Below are positions 52,801-64,000 of a stretch of DNA of 64,000 nucleotides, piece by piece. The notes beneath the pieces were generated by a model, which was given only the letters and a program-made list of their open reading frames with translations, was not told where the DNA came from and did no database searches. The stretch is from Laetmonice hystrix (Eukaryota), in the NCBI GenBank assembly GCA_965235115.1, contig OZ249436.1, forward strand, positions 34,720,001-34,784,000, given 5' to 3'. The translations under genes and the position numbers were made by a program. Each line of letters starts with the position of its first letter. Positions within the stretch are counted from its first letter, which is position 1.

Positions 52801-55800
52801 TTCTGGCAGACATGTCACACTTTAGGTAGATGGCGTCGTTTGGAACTGTGACAGCTCTGTAAGAAAGACGGCCAGCGATAGACTTACAGAACCAATTGGG
52901 GACAGTTCATAACCTTGTGATCATGGCTGCCATATTGAAGGGACATAATGCGATACAGTGAACGTTTTGTATGCACCCTCTCCGACTACTGTTGAAAGAA
53001 TTTTTAAAGTTGGGAAATATGTCTGGAAAATGGGCACAGAGCTGGATGTTTGCCTTGCACAGTGGGAACGTCAACAGGGGTTTCACACCGACATGTGATC
53101 TGTTGACTCTGTCTTGCGAGACCCATTATAGTATAACTACTGGTGACAGATGATCAGCATGTGTTCATAAAGGAATGGACAGGCAGGAGTCAGTGCTCCG
53201 CTTGGGTCACCCGTCAGGAGGGTGGGGGTAGGGGGGTAGTCAGGGGGCGCAGTCTGGAGGATTGAGGGGGGATTAACCAGGAGGGGCCCCCAGACAGACC
53301 GGGAGGACACACTAAGACGTCAGAGCTCAGGTAATCCAGGATGAAGCCCTTCCCAGGCAGGTGATATTACAAATCTCCTTGATTTATTCATTATCACCTT
53401 TCTGATACCCACAAGGGTCTAGTTGATAACCAGGAACATGTACGTGTCGCGGGACACCTGCCTGATTCAACAGGCGCTATCTTTAGGCCACTTTCGAAAT
53501 CACCAGTGGAAAATATCAAGGACCTACTGGCTGTGAACACTCGGGAATATTGTAAACAAAGGGATCTGTTGTTCGAGGTTAAAGGCTCCTTAAATGTGAT
53601 ACATTTCAGGTTGGAAAAAAATAAGTTATTTCTCTGTATTCCTCCCATATTTGGGTATATGTCCCCGTTAGTCACAGCCTGTCCATCCTTTCTCTGTTTC
53701 CTGGATCCTCATCATAATGAAGTGCCAATTATTCAGTGCTAATGCACCCCCAATAAAGAGTTGATTGCAGTGCGAACTTTGAGACACATCGGAATAAGGA
53801 GTAAATGAGTTTATGAGACCTATTGTTTCAGAATGAGCGGATATTGTTCTCGGCACAAATAGGCTTTTGTTATTATTCACCAATAGCAATACTGGTATTG
53901 TTTCTGTGTGATTCATACACATAACTGAATCTCTTGTCTTCCATTGCATCTGTTTTATTGTAAATGTCACATCAATTGGATACTTGGTTTATATAGGGTC
54001 TCAGTGTCTCTAAGGAGGCGTTTCTGTTTGGGTGAGGCCACTGGATTGAGATGGGGGGATCGTAAGGTGTTTGTGTGACGAATAGATGACCAGACGACGT
54101 CACGTCGTCAAGTGTCTGCGTATTATTTATACTTGACTCTGTACTCTGCCTCATCCATCACATGTGAAGTGGCACATCTTTGAGTTGTCGTGTCCTGGGT
54201 CGGATTATACCGAGGGTTATGTCTTAACTCAGTTGGGGGTGCTGATGTGGTGGGGGAGGGTGAGGGGGCAGTGACAGACGTCGAGGACTGATCCCTGGGA
54301 TAATTTTGACAGCACTTGTTGGTGTGTGAGTTATTACCTGGGCTCGCCCTGGGGCCTCATGATGTGCACTGATAATTGGCACAGGTGTACAGTGGGATGG
54401 TCACTGGCACGGGGCTTCAGCTATTAGCTTTGAGATAAGTGTGTGTACTCGCTGAACTCGGCTCAACCAGGGCTCAACATTCGGTCCTACGGTAACATTG
54501 CCGTTTTAAAAGCTACTTGGTTGAAACCTTGACCAGGTCACGGGTGCAGATGATTCAGATATCACCGGGAATGGTAATTAAGAGACATACCTCAGTCAAA
54601 TCGTTGAGTACGCGGTAGGTACTTGGCCTGCTAAAAAAATAACTGCAAGTGGCAATTTTTGATGCATAGCAACAACAGTAGTTACCTATGTCTTCGAAGC
54701 TTCTGTACATCAGAACTGCGAAAGAAGTTACAAAAACTTATTCCAAGTGTCGTTAAAAAACCCCCAGATTCTCCAAAGTTGTAATTAGGTGATTAATTGA
54801 GGGAGGTAGCAGGCCGAGTGACCGTACAGGGTGCGCTAAGGGTGCTCCGCTGGAAGTCGATAGAAAGTAAATGAATGGGACATAGAGGATTTTTATATAG
54901 AATTACTTAGAAAGAAACTCCTTTACCAATAGAGACTACAAGAACTCTGTTGGCATGTGTGCTCCTTGGCACGCGGTTCTCTAGATGTGACAAATGAGAG
55001 TTGATCGATTAATCGATCTTTGCGCTGGCACAAAGCAAGCCTGTCTTATCACAATGTCTGATTCACACTTTAACGTCCAATAAAGTGAAACAGAAATCTA
55101 AGAAAAAATGATTTGGAACATGGTGTGAGAAATTACATGGTTTCTATACTTTTATCAGTCTGAGAACCGATGATTATCTGACAAGAAAATCCATGATGTT
55201 CTATGATAGGGGGTTATTTAAAGCGACTGAATCTATAGGTGGTTTGTATGGACATGTGAAGGCCGCGTAGAGTACAGAGTGGTTGGGTAAATGGTTCAGT
55301 AACTGATGGAACGTTTACGTTGATTATCCAGCGTTTATTGACTACACGACTGGACACGAGCCAGTCCACAGGTCATTGTATCCTAGTGGAGACTACCAGT
55401 GGGGTAGGACAAGAATTAATTGCGTGGAGTTTCGCGACCGACCATGCAACTCATTTGAAAATTACCTAGGTTTGATTGACAGATACATAAGGCGAAGACG
55501 AGGGACTTACCAATGAGACTTGCTTGGAAGGTCAATATTGATAACGCAGACAGGGGAGAGATAGTAGCTACATGTGTAAGCATCGTAAAAGGATCTAATC
55601 TATCTCCAGGGCCTTGGCCACTTGACGTCCACCGTGTCCATTGGAATCCGAGGCAGCAGTTCGAGGCTGACATGATTACAAGTTTGAGTTCAAGTTTACC
55701 AAATCGTTGTTTTATCAACCCAGATCTACAGTCGCCGAATATGGCACGGTCACCCTGACTTATCTTGACTTCACTTCCTGTAATGGTAGTCCTGAGATCC

Positions 55801-56383
55801 GGGGTGATAATAGATGGTGAGCTTTATTTCCGTTCTTGGGGGGTTTTTATGAATAGTTTGACCTGTTTGGATAAGGACAGGATGGACCAGCGGTTGTGTT
55901 ACATCTTGTAGATGTCCAAGGTTTGATTTCTGGCAGCTGGAGAAATTGGTTCGTCGAATAATGCCATCAGCTGGTCCCAGTGGAATGATACCATGGCCAA
56001 GGCTCCTACTTTGTGAACTTAGTCCCTCCTTTATCTAGTCAGTGAGCTCCCTCCCCCATCCCTGTCCACGAACAAGGATCCAATTTCAGCCGATCCGAAA
56101 ACCACTACCTGGTATGTATGACCTCCATCCGCGACTGTTATACGGCAGTCGGTTTCCTTGAATGGAAAGACTGGATTAAGGGAAAGTCTGAATGAAATGT
56201 GGTCCTCCATTCAGACATACACAGTCTAATGACAGAATGATTCTCAATACACATCCTTCAGATATCCTCTCCATGGTTGCGAATTGTGACAGCTGTATTG
56301 AAACCAAGTGCATATCACAAGGGATCTGGCATGAAGTCGGTGAAAGCTTCAAATGACTGTAATATAACAGAGGACCGTTGGTT

Positions 56384-56427
56384 GGTCGGATTGCTCAAGG
56401 CTGGGGGTCGGGTTGCTCAAGGCTGGG
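56384..56427. repeat. Two-copy 22-bp tandem duplication
   Basis: GGTCGG(A/G)TTGCTCAAGGCTGGG occurs twice. Confidence 0.9.
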
Positions 56428-57487
56428 GGGTACGGTCTCGTCATGCTAACAGTAGGAGGTACCTTTGTTACTTCACTTTCTGATTCATGTGGGGACAGTA
56501 ATTGGATTTTTATTATACATCTGAGTACAAGGGTTAAGATCCCTCATGCAATCCGAAGGGGAGCTAGAAATCGATGGCCAACCCAGCTTGTCCGGGGAAG
56601 GTATGGGCACTGGAGCCGGAAAGTCTGTGGTGTCGGTTCTCTTCTTCCACATCATAATGAGAATATCCAATCTAGATGAAACAAGCAAAAACGTGATAGC
56701 TTGGCTAAATGGAAGCATTAATTGGCTGTTAGGCACTAATTAGGTCGACATGCCGGTACAAAATCTTGTGTATGCTTGCTGGCGATATGGGGTCCCCATT
56801 GGGGGGAGAGTAAAACGTTGTCCAACTTGTAAGAAGTTTGCCATACGCCTGTAAGTGTATTCTTATCTAAGATGACATATACCGTATGGGGGGTTTCTGT
56901 CTGACACATCATGTTGGTATTCCTGTTGCTTAAAAATGAAGTGCACATGCAGTTGAGCCACCCAGCCAACTCCAAACAATGTCGTTGAGTCTTTCAATCT
57001 TATGAGACTTAGTGTGGTTTATGATGTGTTGCTAAGACGTTCACTAAGTCATATGTACATGATGGTCACATGAATGGAGTCACACATAACTTTCCCCTGT
57101 ATGTCATTGATGCGTCACAATACTCAGCTGACTTGAATGAGTGTCGCCCACTACGGAGATTCTCCCTTGTAGTATAACATTTCACACAAAAAATGGTCGC
57201 CTTGTGCTCAGAGGGTTTTCCATGAGACATTCATTGGGTGTTGTCGTTAGGAAAGGCAGTTATGGCGGTTATTATTCAGTCAGTCATTTTAAATCACTGC
57301 TAGTTTACTTATACGGTAATTCAAATTATTGAAAAAAAAGACGTAATGTGTGCAGCGTCGAATCGTGAAAGGCGAAGAAAAGAAGAGACTGACATGGACT
57401 AAGATTGTTTTTATGGTTTATCGTATTTGAGTTTTCAGAGTCGAGTCAGGGACATCCCCAGCCTCTTTATTCAATAGTTGTTCGACT

Positions 57488-57538
57488 CCACTGACGTGTC
57501 CATCCTGTAGGGCCCACTGACGTGTCCATCCTATAGGG
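57488..57538. repeat. Two-copy 26-bp tandem duplication
   Basis: CCACTGACGTGTCCATCCT(G/A)TAGGG occurs at 57488 and 57514. Confidence 0.9.
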
Positions 57539-58487
57539 GGTGTTTGATTAGAGATGCAGTCAACAAAAAGATGCAAACACGTAAAAAGAGAACAAAGCAA
57601 TCAGAACGGGGCTTGTCGCTGAGTGTTTCACCCTAGAGACTCAGTTTGCCATGTGTACAGATCTCACTTCACGATTACCAGAACGGAGGGGGGGGGGTGA
57701 TAGCCTTACAAAAAAAACCCTCTTTGTCAACGGGATCGGCCTTACCAACGAACACGTAGTGGGTTGCGTCAAACATTGGCTGACCAAACATACAGATGTG
57801 TTTCCCCAGGGCTCAGCGACACGGGTTTGGGAGAATGACAGACAAGCCACTGATGAAGTGAATAAATAAAACTTAACACATCGAGTTTGGACTGGCGTGG
57901 TGTTGGCTTATGTATCACAAGCCCAACAATGTCGGGCCGCCGACAACCGTCAACACACGTTCCGTACGTTTTGTGTGCTTAAACTGAGAAATTGTTTGCT
58001 TCATTATGCCACCAATTTTTATGGTTATTCCTATACTAATATTTCCCCTTATCATTCTGTCTTTGCAGGTATGTACAAAGCTCTTCTTTCAAGAAGGTTC
58101 CATTGTTGGAGGCACAAAGGTAGGATGTAAGTTTCCATGCACATATATTATTTGACGCGGAGAAGTCAGGATATCTTTGCATCAGAAAGTGCATCACTCT
58201 GGATCCTTTTATGGGGGATTCCTTTCATAATCGTAATTTAAACTAAGGTTGATGTATCCAGTGTTTTATGATACAGGAACTGTAACAGCAGGAAGTCCTG
58301 CTCCCGCTTAATGGATCAAGGATGTGGCTGAGTTTTCTCTGGGGACAAAAACCGAAAGCGCTTTCAGCGCGTTAGGTGGGAGTAGCTCATATGACTAGAC
58401 TTCCAGACTTAGTATTCTGGTTCTGTCCGGCTCAGAAAAGGGAAAACCCTGCGACTCACAGCTGCTCTGATTAATTAGGAACAGAAG

Positions 58488-58547
58488 CGTGATATTTTGA
58501 GTGGCACCTACGAGCATGACGTGATATTCTAGTGGCACCTGCAAGCA
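58488..58547. repeat. Two-copy 32-bp diverged tandem duplication
   Basis: CGTGATATTTTGAGTGGCACCTACGAGCA at 58488 and CGTGATATTCTAGTGGCACCTGCAAGCA at 58520. Confidence 0.8.
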
Positions 58548-59614
58548 CCCTTCGTGTGGTAATGTGGAGGAAGCATATTAAATGCAGAAACCTGTGAAGA
58601 GTGTTTTTCCGCCTTTGACTGCACGCTTAAAGAAAGCGAAGTGAATCACTTGCATGTCGATTAGAGTGTGCTCTTGGCACATTTGTTATATATAATGGGA
58701 CTAGCCTCCATGAGTTGGTACTCTGGCACCAAACCCACGGGCGGCTCTCAAGTGTATTAAGGGATCGGCCGGCTATTCAATCTGTCAGTGCGCAAGCGAA
58801 AAAACTGCGGCAGGAGGTGGTATAGTTAAATAGTAGTCCGCTAGGAGGGCTACTGGTAGTTGTGGTGGCGAGAACTAGGGACCAGGATGTGGTGGATGAC
58901 TGATGTCTTGGTTGCCGTCAGTTGTGGTGGGCTGGACTGATTGGAAATGGGAGGTTTATCAGAATGGATTCTAGATCTGTCCGACCAGGATAGACAAAAA
59001 ATGGCATGTCGTTGGGATCCATTGTGAGGGATGTAGAGTGTAATCTTAGCGTATAAACGGAGAATAGATGATTTAAAAAGCGTTTCCAGTACTATCAGGA
59101 GGAGATGACATGATAAGGAAACCCGTTTATGATAAATGAGTAAAGTTTTTCAGATCTTGTTAAAAAGAAAAATGAGCAATATTGCGTTCATCTAACTGGA
59201 GAAGACGGGCTCGGATATATTTCATGTTAAATCATATATCATGCGTGATCGACTAGAATTACGCAGTGGTCAGTTGAAGACGTGAAAGGGTGCGAACGAT
59301 ATGATAGGTTGGTGTTAGTTCCCACGGTTGGAGCCATGTGACCATCCAGTTGATGGACAGGCCAAGTCATGTGACAGTCCGGACTCCAGCCAGGCCTGTC
59401 TGTATAGAGGGCGCTTGTAATTTTGTCCCATCTCGCTGTATGCGACTGGACATTCATATGGTATTCGTACAGTTGTCAGTTTACAAATGACCACGGTGTG
59501 GGACGGGCTGAGTGACAGTGGCAGTTGTAGTTTAGTGGGGGATGGGGCGACAGCTACAGTTGTTATGTGGATGGGGTCATGGCTTGGTCACGAGTAAATG
59601 GCAGATGCTGGACA

Positions 59615-59697
59615 ACGTCGGACACGCTGAATCGAACCCAGTGATAAATTCAAGATGTTTTCTTATCGAGTCGCCTTCATCTCTGCTACAGTGAACC
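59615..59697 (-). mobile_element. Possible decayed tRNA-derived SINE head
   Basis: The minus strand has TAGCAGAGATGAAGGCG (A-box-like) and then GGGTTCGATTC (B-box-like). I could not build a cloverleaf from it. Confidence 0.2.
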
Positions 59698-60056
59698 CAC
59701 GGAGGAATTGGGCCGTGGACATACTGATTTGAGGCCATTATTTTCACAAAGATAAATGGATAGAATGAAAGCCTGTTTTAAACTTGATATATTTTCAATG
59801 TCCCCCCTCCATAATTGACGTTTCTCTGGCACCCACACCCAGCGAAGAGGTATCTTAGTAGTCGTTTGGATTTATTTTTTAGAAGCTTTGTGAGAGTAAT
59901 GATGATGACCACTCAAGTGGCCAGTTATACGCAAGCCTGAACCATGAATGTCTGAACCAATGCCAGTGGTAGTCTCAGCATGTTTGATGATTAACTGAGC
60001 CTGCAGCTACAGTCTCATTAAATATTCATGCAGTGATTCCTTACTTCCACCTTCAG

Positions 60057-60326
60057 GTGTGAGGTTTTCATGTGGTCACAGGATCGGTCACTTGTATCCT
60101 GCAATACCGGGCTTATTTGTCGGACCAAGTAGGCAATCTATTATTCAAACTTGTATCAGTTTTAATAGAATCGACTTGGAAGGAAAAGGAAAGGCCTGCA
60201 GCTTCTGTTGTATCTTTGCATATTTCCTTATCAATGAAGATTTAAATGTCAGGAGAGAACAGTCAGAAAACACTCTTTGCTTAAGAAACGAAAATGTAGA
60301 TTTTCTTAAGATTCCCAGTCGGTGTG
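60057..60326 (+). CDS. Candidate 270-nt symmetric phase-1 exon, unknown product
   Basis: Acceptor TTCCTTACTTCCACCTTCAG|G and donor TG|GTAAGC. Only the phase-1 frame is open across 90 codons, and the translation matches no domain I recognise. Confidence 0.25.
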
Positions 60327-63303
60327 GTAAGCGGCGGTGATTTACATGAAGGTACATGTGAAACATGCCCAAAAAAGTCGTAATATAAGCAAACCGCTGC
60401 AATGTATGAAACTCGCAGAAACGATTACGAAAACATGCTGCAGGAACCCATGGCAATCTTTCTCTCCAGCCGCCATGTATTCAATCTGCGACCTACTTCA
60501 AAAACTCTTAATGTGCTCAACCCGTGGCCAAATATGCTTTGGTTGAATTGACCACACTTAGGCTGCGGTGCAAATTGACATGGAGCCTGTAAAAGCGTTT
60601 GTTCCGTTTCGAAGGACGAGTCCGGGAAAGACGCAGGGTGTCAATCACTGTCGCTAGTCTGCGTCTCTTTCATCCTCTCTGCATAAAATGAACAAGCTTT
60701 TCTACTTTGGCTGTCTTGGTAGTTGGGGCCCGTACTTCCTTAAGCAATTAAGCATTAATACATAATGACAGATTGCTTAGTAAAGAGGTCCCGAGAGACT
60801 TCTTAAACCAGCGAGTAACTGTGTCAGAGACCCCCTAGTTCCTTGGCCGGTTTTATACTTGATTCCATTATGAACTGATAATACCCGCTCTGACGTAGTA
60901 ATCCCGTTTTAACTGGAATATAAAGCAAGGATCATTGGTGGTTATTAAGCAGAGTTCTCCCATTCTGAGCCCTCTTTCGTAGGCAGAGCGCCTTGAGGTC
61001 AGTACATGCCAGAACCGCGAGTATAAAGTAGACGCGTTCCCACAACGGATAAAACACCAGACGTACGCCTTAAAAATAAATCTATACTTGTGTACAGGTA
61101 TTTTAGGTTCACAAAGGGAGGAACTATTTCTTCTATAGAACAAGAGAGAGTTCAGGTTTACCAGAGTATATTTTCTCTATGACTGTTAATACACTCATGT
61201 ATTACGTATCACGTCTCATTGCTCACAATCACCGGTTGTGACGTAGTACAGACGCTGTCAAATGTTAACGTCAAACGTTTGAATGACGTGGAGCACTGCA
61301 CCGGTATACGGCAGATGAAACACACTTGAATTATTGATGATGAGTTAGGAGACGCTCAAGGTTTTCTGTGTGGTTTCATGTCATTGTCTGACTTTGAGCT
61401 GTGAGCTGACATCCTATACTGCCGCCTTACATCCAGACGTCTCATTTGTTTTTTTCTCCCCCTCCTCCCTCCTCCCATCCCCGCTACAAAACCTTGGATG
61501 GATTCAAAGGGTGCAATATGAAAGGATGCTGGTTGTAATGACGTAAAGCGATGAGGGTGATAATTAGAGGCGTGGTGCTGAGCTCGCGGCATGTAATGGA
61601 CCAGAACATTCCAAACCTGTTGCTGCCTCTGAGCAACGAGTATACTCGTTGCTGTGAGGAACACGCGTAATAAGGTGCTCTGATATCAGGAGAAAAAGAA
61701 TGATGATATGATTGGCACTTGGTCTACTGGTTGATGGCCATATACGGTAGCGGTTATCGTAATGCTAGATACAGATGGGACAATAGAACAAGATAGTTGA
61801 ACTTGATGATGAAGATTGCATTAAGTACTGGGGGATATACATGCTTGCAACCGATATTATTGTAGCTACACCTTTTCCTATCTTAGTTTTACACTGCAGC
61901 CATTCATTAATCACTATTTTCGAATGTTTCCTTTCTGAACAACCATAACTTTGAAGAGAAGGATCTACGGTAAAATTAGTTTGCACTAGAATTACATTTC
62001 GTAGCAGTGCGACTGCCAAAAAGAAGTTTCCGTGCTTCCTCATCCATACCAAACCGTTATGGATTTTTCCCCAAACCGAGTTGAACATGGCATGTTGCCC
62101 TTGGTGTCTAAAGCATACGAACACGTATGAAAAGCCCCAAAGGGCCATTGAGCGAATTTGAACTATTTTACCAAACTCAGACTTTTGATGAAGTGAGTGG
62201 CCTCCAAGTGAGTAGATTCCTTGTTTTTTTAAAATCCCATCAGTCCCTGGCACGCGCTGTAGTGTGCCATTTTCAGGCGTTCAGAAGCACCCCTCCCCTT
62301 GTCTTGTTCATCTAAGGAACTGCTGGAGAATAGACTGACAGCAGGCTGACCTACTTCCTCACAAAAGTTGCCACCGCAGACACGCAGCACAGCTGCCAAG
62401 CTTATACTGTGGCAATGAAATGAAAATCTCAGTGGATTCTCAGAAGTGCGAGGGAAGGACTCTGGCTGGGTTTGATTTCCAGCGGTTTTCCACGTCAGAC
62501 GTAAAGCAGGTAGCGATGACACATGGTGATGGCTGATGTGGAATGACGGAGACGTGATACTGGACTGACGAGTTGCGATACTGGATTGACAGGAGTTGCG
62601 GTTCCGAGTTGTGCTCACAGGGATAAGGGTTTATCTCGGTGACCATCTATCCTGCTACAGGCAGAGCTTTTCAATCCTGAACATGACGTGTCCTGTGCAA
62701 ACTGACCGATGCCTGCTCACCGCTGTGACACAGAGGCTTACGATGGAGAACATTTTGGGTTCCGAGTGGCGCTGGGAGGAGGGGGAGCTTAGGACTGCCT
62801 TTAAGGTGATCATGGCTGTTGGAGAACACAATCTGCTTCTGGCCAGCTGGCTGTATATTTGTCAGAAATTGACTTAATTTAGAGGCTCTATGTGAACTTC
62901 TAATCAATAAAGTCCTAGTATCTCATTCTTCAATACAATGGATAATGTCTGTCCTTGGTTTTGAGGACTTTCTGGGGTGTTTCGGTCTCTACATTTGGTG
63001 TGAAACGTTTGAAACCCTTGGGCATTATTAACCGGTACTGACTCTTGACATAGGCCTAAATGTAGGTCAGGCAGTAGCTCTGTTTGTTTTAATTTAACGA
63101 TAATGCCCCAATAAATCACTGTCAGTTAATTGGCGCCGGTAAAGGGATTATTTTCTTACTGGAGATTATACTGGATTACGTAAAGAATGGAGGTGTTAAC
63201 TGTTCATTAGTGTAAAATCCCGTTGACGATCTATGTAAACTGGACGCCAGGCGTATGACCATGATATCGTACCGATAATTTATTCATTTTAAAAAAGGGA
63301 AAA

Positions 63304-63306
<3 letters not shown>

Positions 63307-63368
<62 letters not shown>
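63307..63368. repeat. (GA)31 microsatellite
   Basis: Uninterrupted GA dinucleotide run of 62 nt. Confidence 0.99.
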
Positions 63369-63372
<4 letters not shown>

Positions 63373-64000
63373 GTTGTAAGCTTGCAGTTGCTCATTCAGT
63401 GAATTTATCTCATCAGTTGGTTTTACCCTCTATTTGTCATGTACCTGTTACTGAGGACTAGGTGTTATTGGGTATGTCTGACATAACAGCGGGAAAAGAG
63501 AGACATCAAACGAAGACCCCAACCAAGGTCGATGGTAGCAATCAGCCTTCAAAGGGCCACGTTCTGAGAGTGACAGTTTGCGCTTTGCATGAGGGCGATG
63601 GTGCACATTTAATTGCTACGTTCATTATAAGCTGAATAGGGCCATCGTTATTCACTTAGCAAATTGTAATTACCAGGCCCTGTAGCTGCTGGGAATGTGG
63701 CGGATGACGTAATGCCACACAGTGGGGGCTTTGTCTCGGCTTAAAATAAAGGGCACAATCCGAACGGCAGGGTGCCAACCCCCAACCATATTCCCCATTA
63801 GTGGAAGCAAGAAGATCTCAGCAGGGGATTGCTTTGGTTTGCTAGGCAACCATTTCACAGAACAGACCGGGAAAAATGAACTCTGAGTAGTTACACATGT
63901 CATGACAAGCCTTGGGGAAAGGCTAGGATTCTTGTACGGGCATGGGCATTGTGTATTACAATAGTCTCAGGGTCTCAGAGTCTCAGGGAATAAACATTAC

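Noticed and set aside
61765-62253. 162-aa minus-strand ORF
   Set aside because: No recognisable motif and no clear splice boundaries; the length is attainable by chance in 64 kb across six frames.
1-64000. CRISPR arrays, operons, rRNA or prokaryotic defence systems
   Set aside because: There are no regularly spaced repeat-spacer units (all tandem repeats are two adjacent copies), no gene-dense ORF structure and no rRNA signature motifs seen.

Overview
This is eukaryotic (animal) genomic DNA that is almost entirely non-coding. I see no operons, no long ORF with a recognisable domain, and no rRNA, intact tRNA or CRISPR array. Frequent G/C homopolymer runs, an excess of the palindrome TAGGCCTA and abundant GT-AG splice-like signals resemble echinoderm (sea cucumber-like) intergenic or intronic DNA; this taxonomic call is inference only. 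Directly supported features: two kinds of palindromic non-autonomous DNA transposon (a foldback element at 1166-1501 with a second partial copy at 6997-7210, and a MITE at 2121-2543 with 25-bp TIRs and a TAA target duplication), fragments of G/C-run repeat families, perfect hairpins, many two-copy tandem duplications and a (GA)31 microsatellite. The best coding candidate is a first exon at 28826-29072 (+) encoding a type II membrane-anchor-like N-terminus and ending at a consensus donor (AAG|GTGAGT). A few weaker, phase-compatible exon candidates lie downstream. I cannot support a previously undescribed biological system here; the findings are leads, most of them low confidence.
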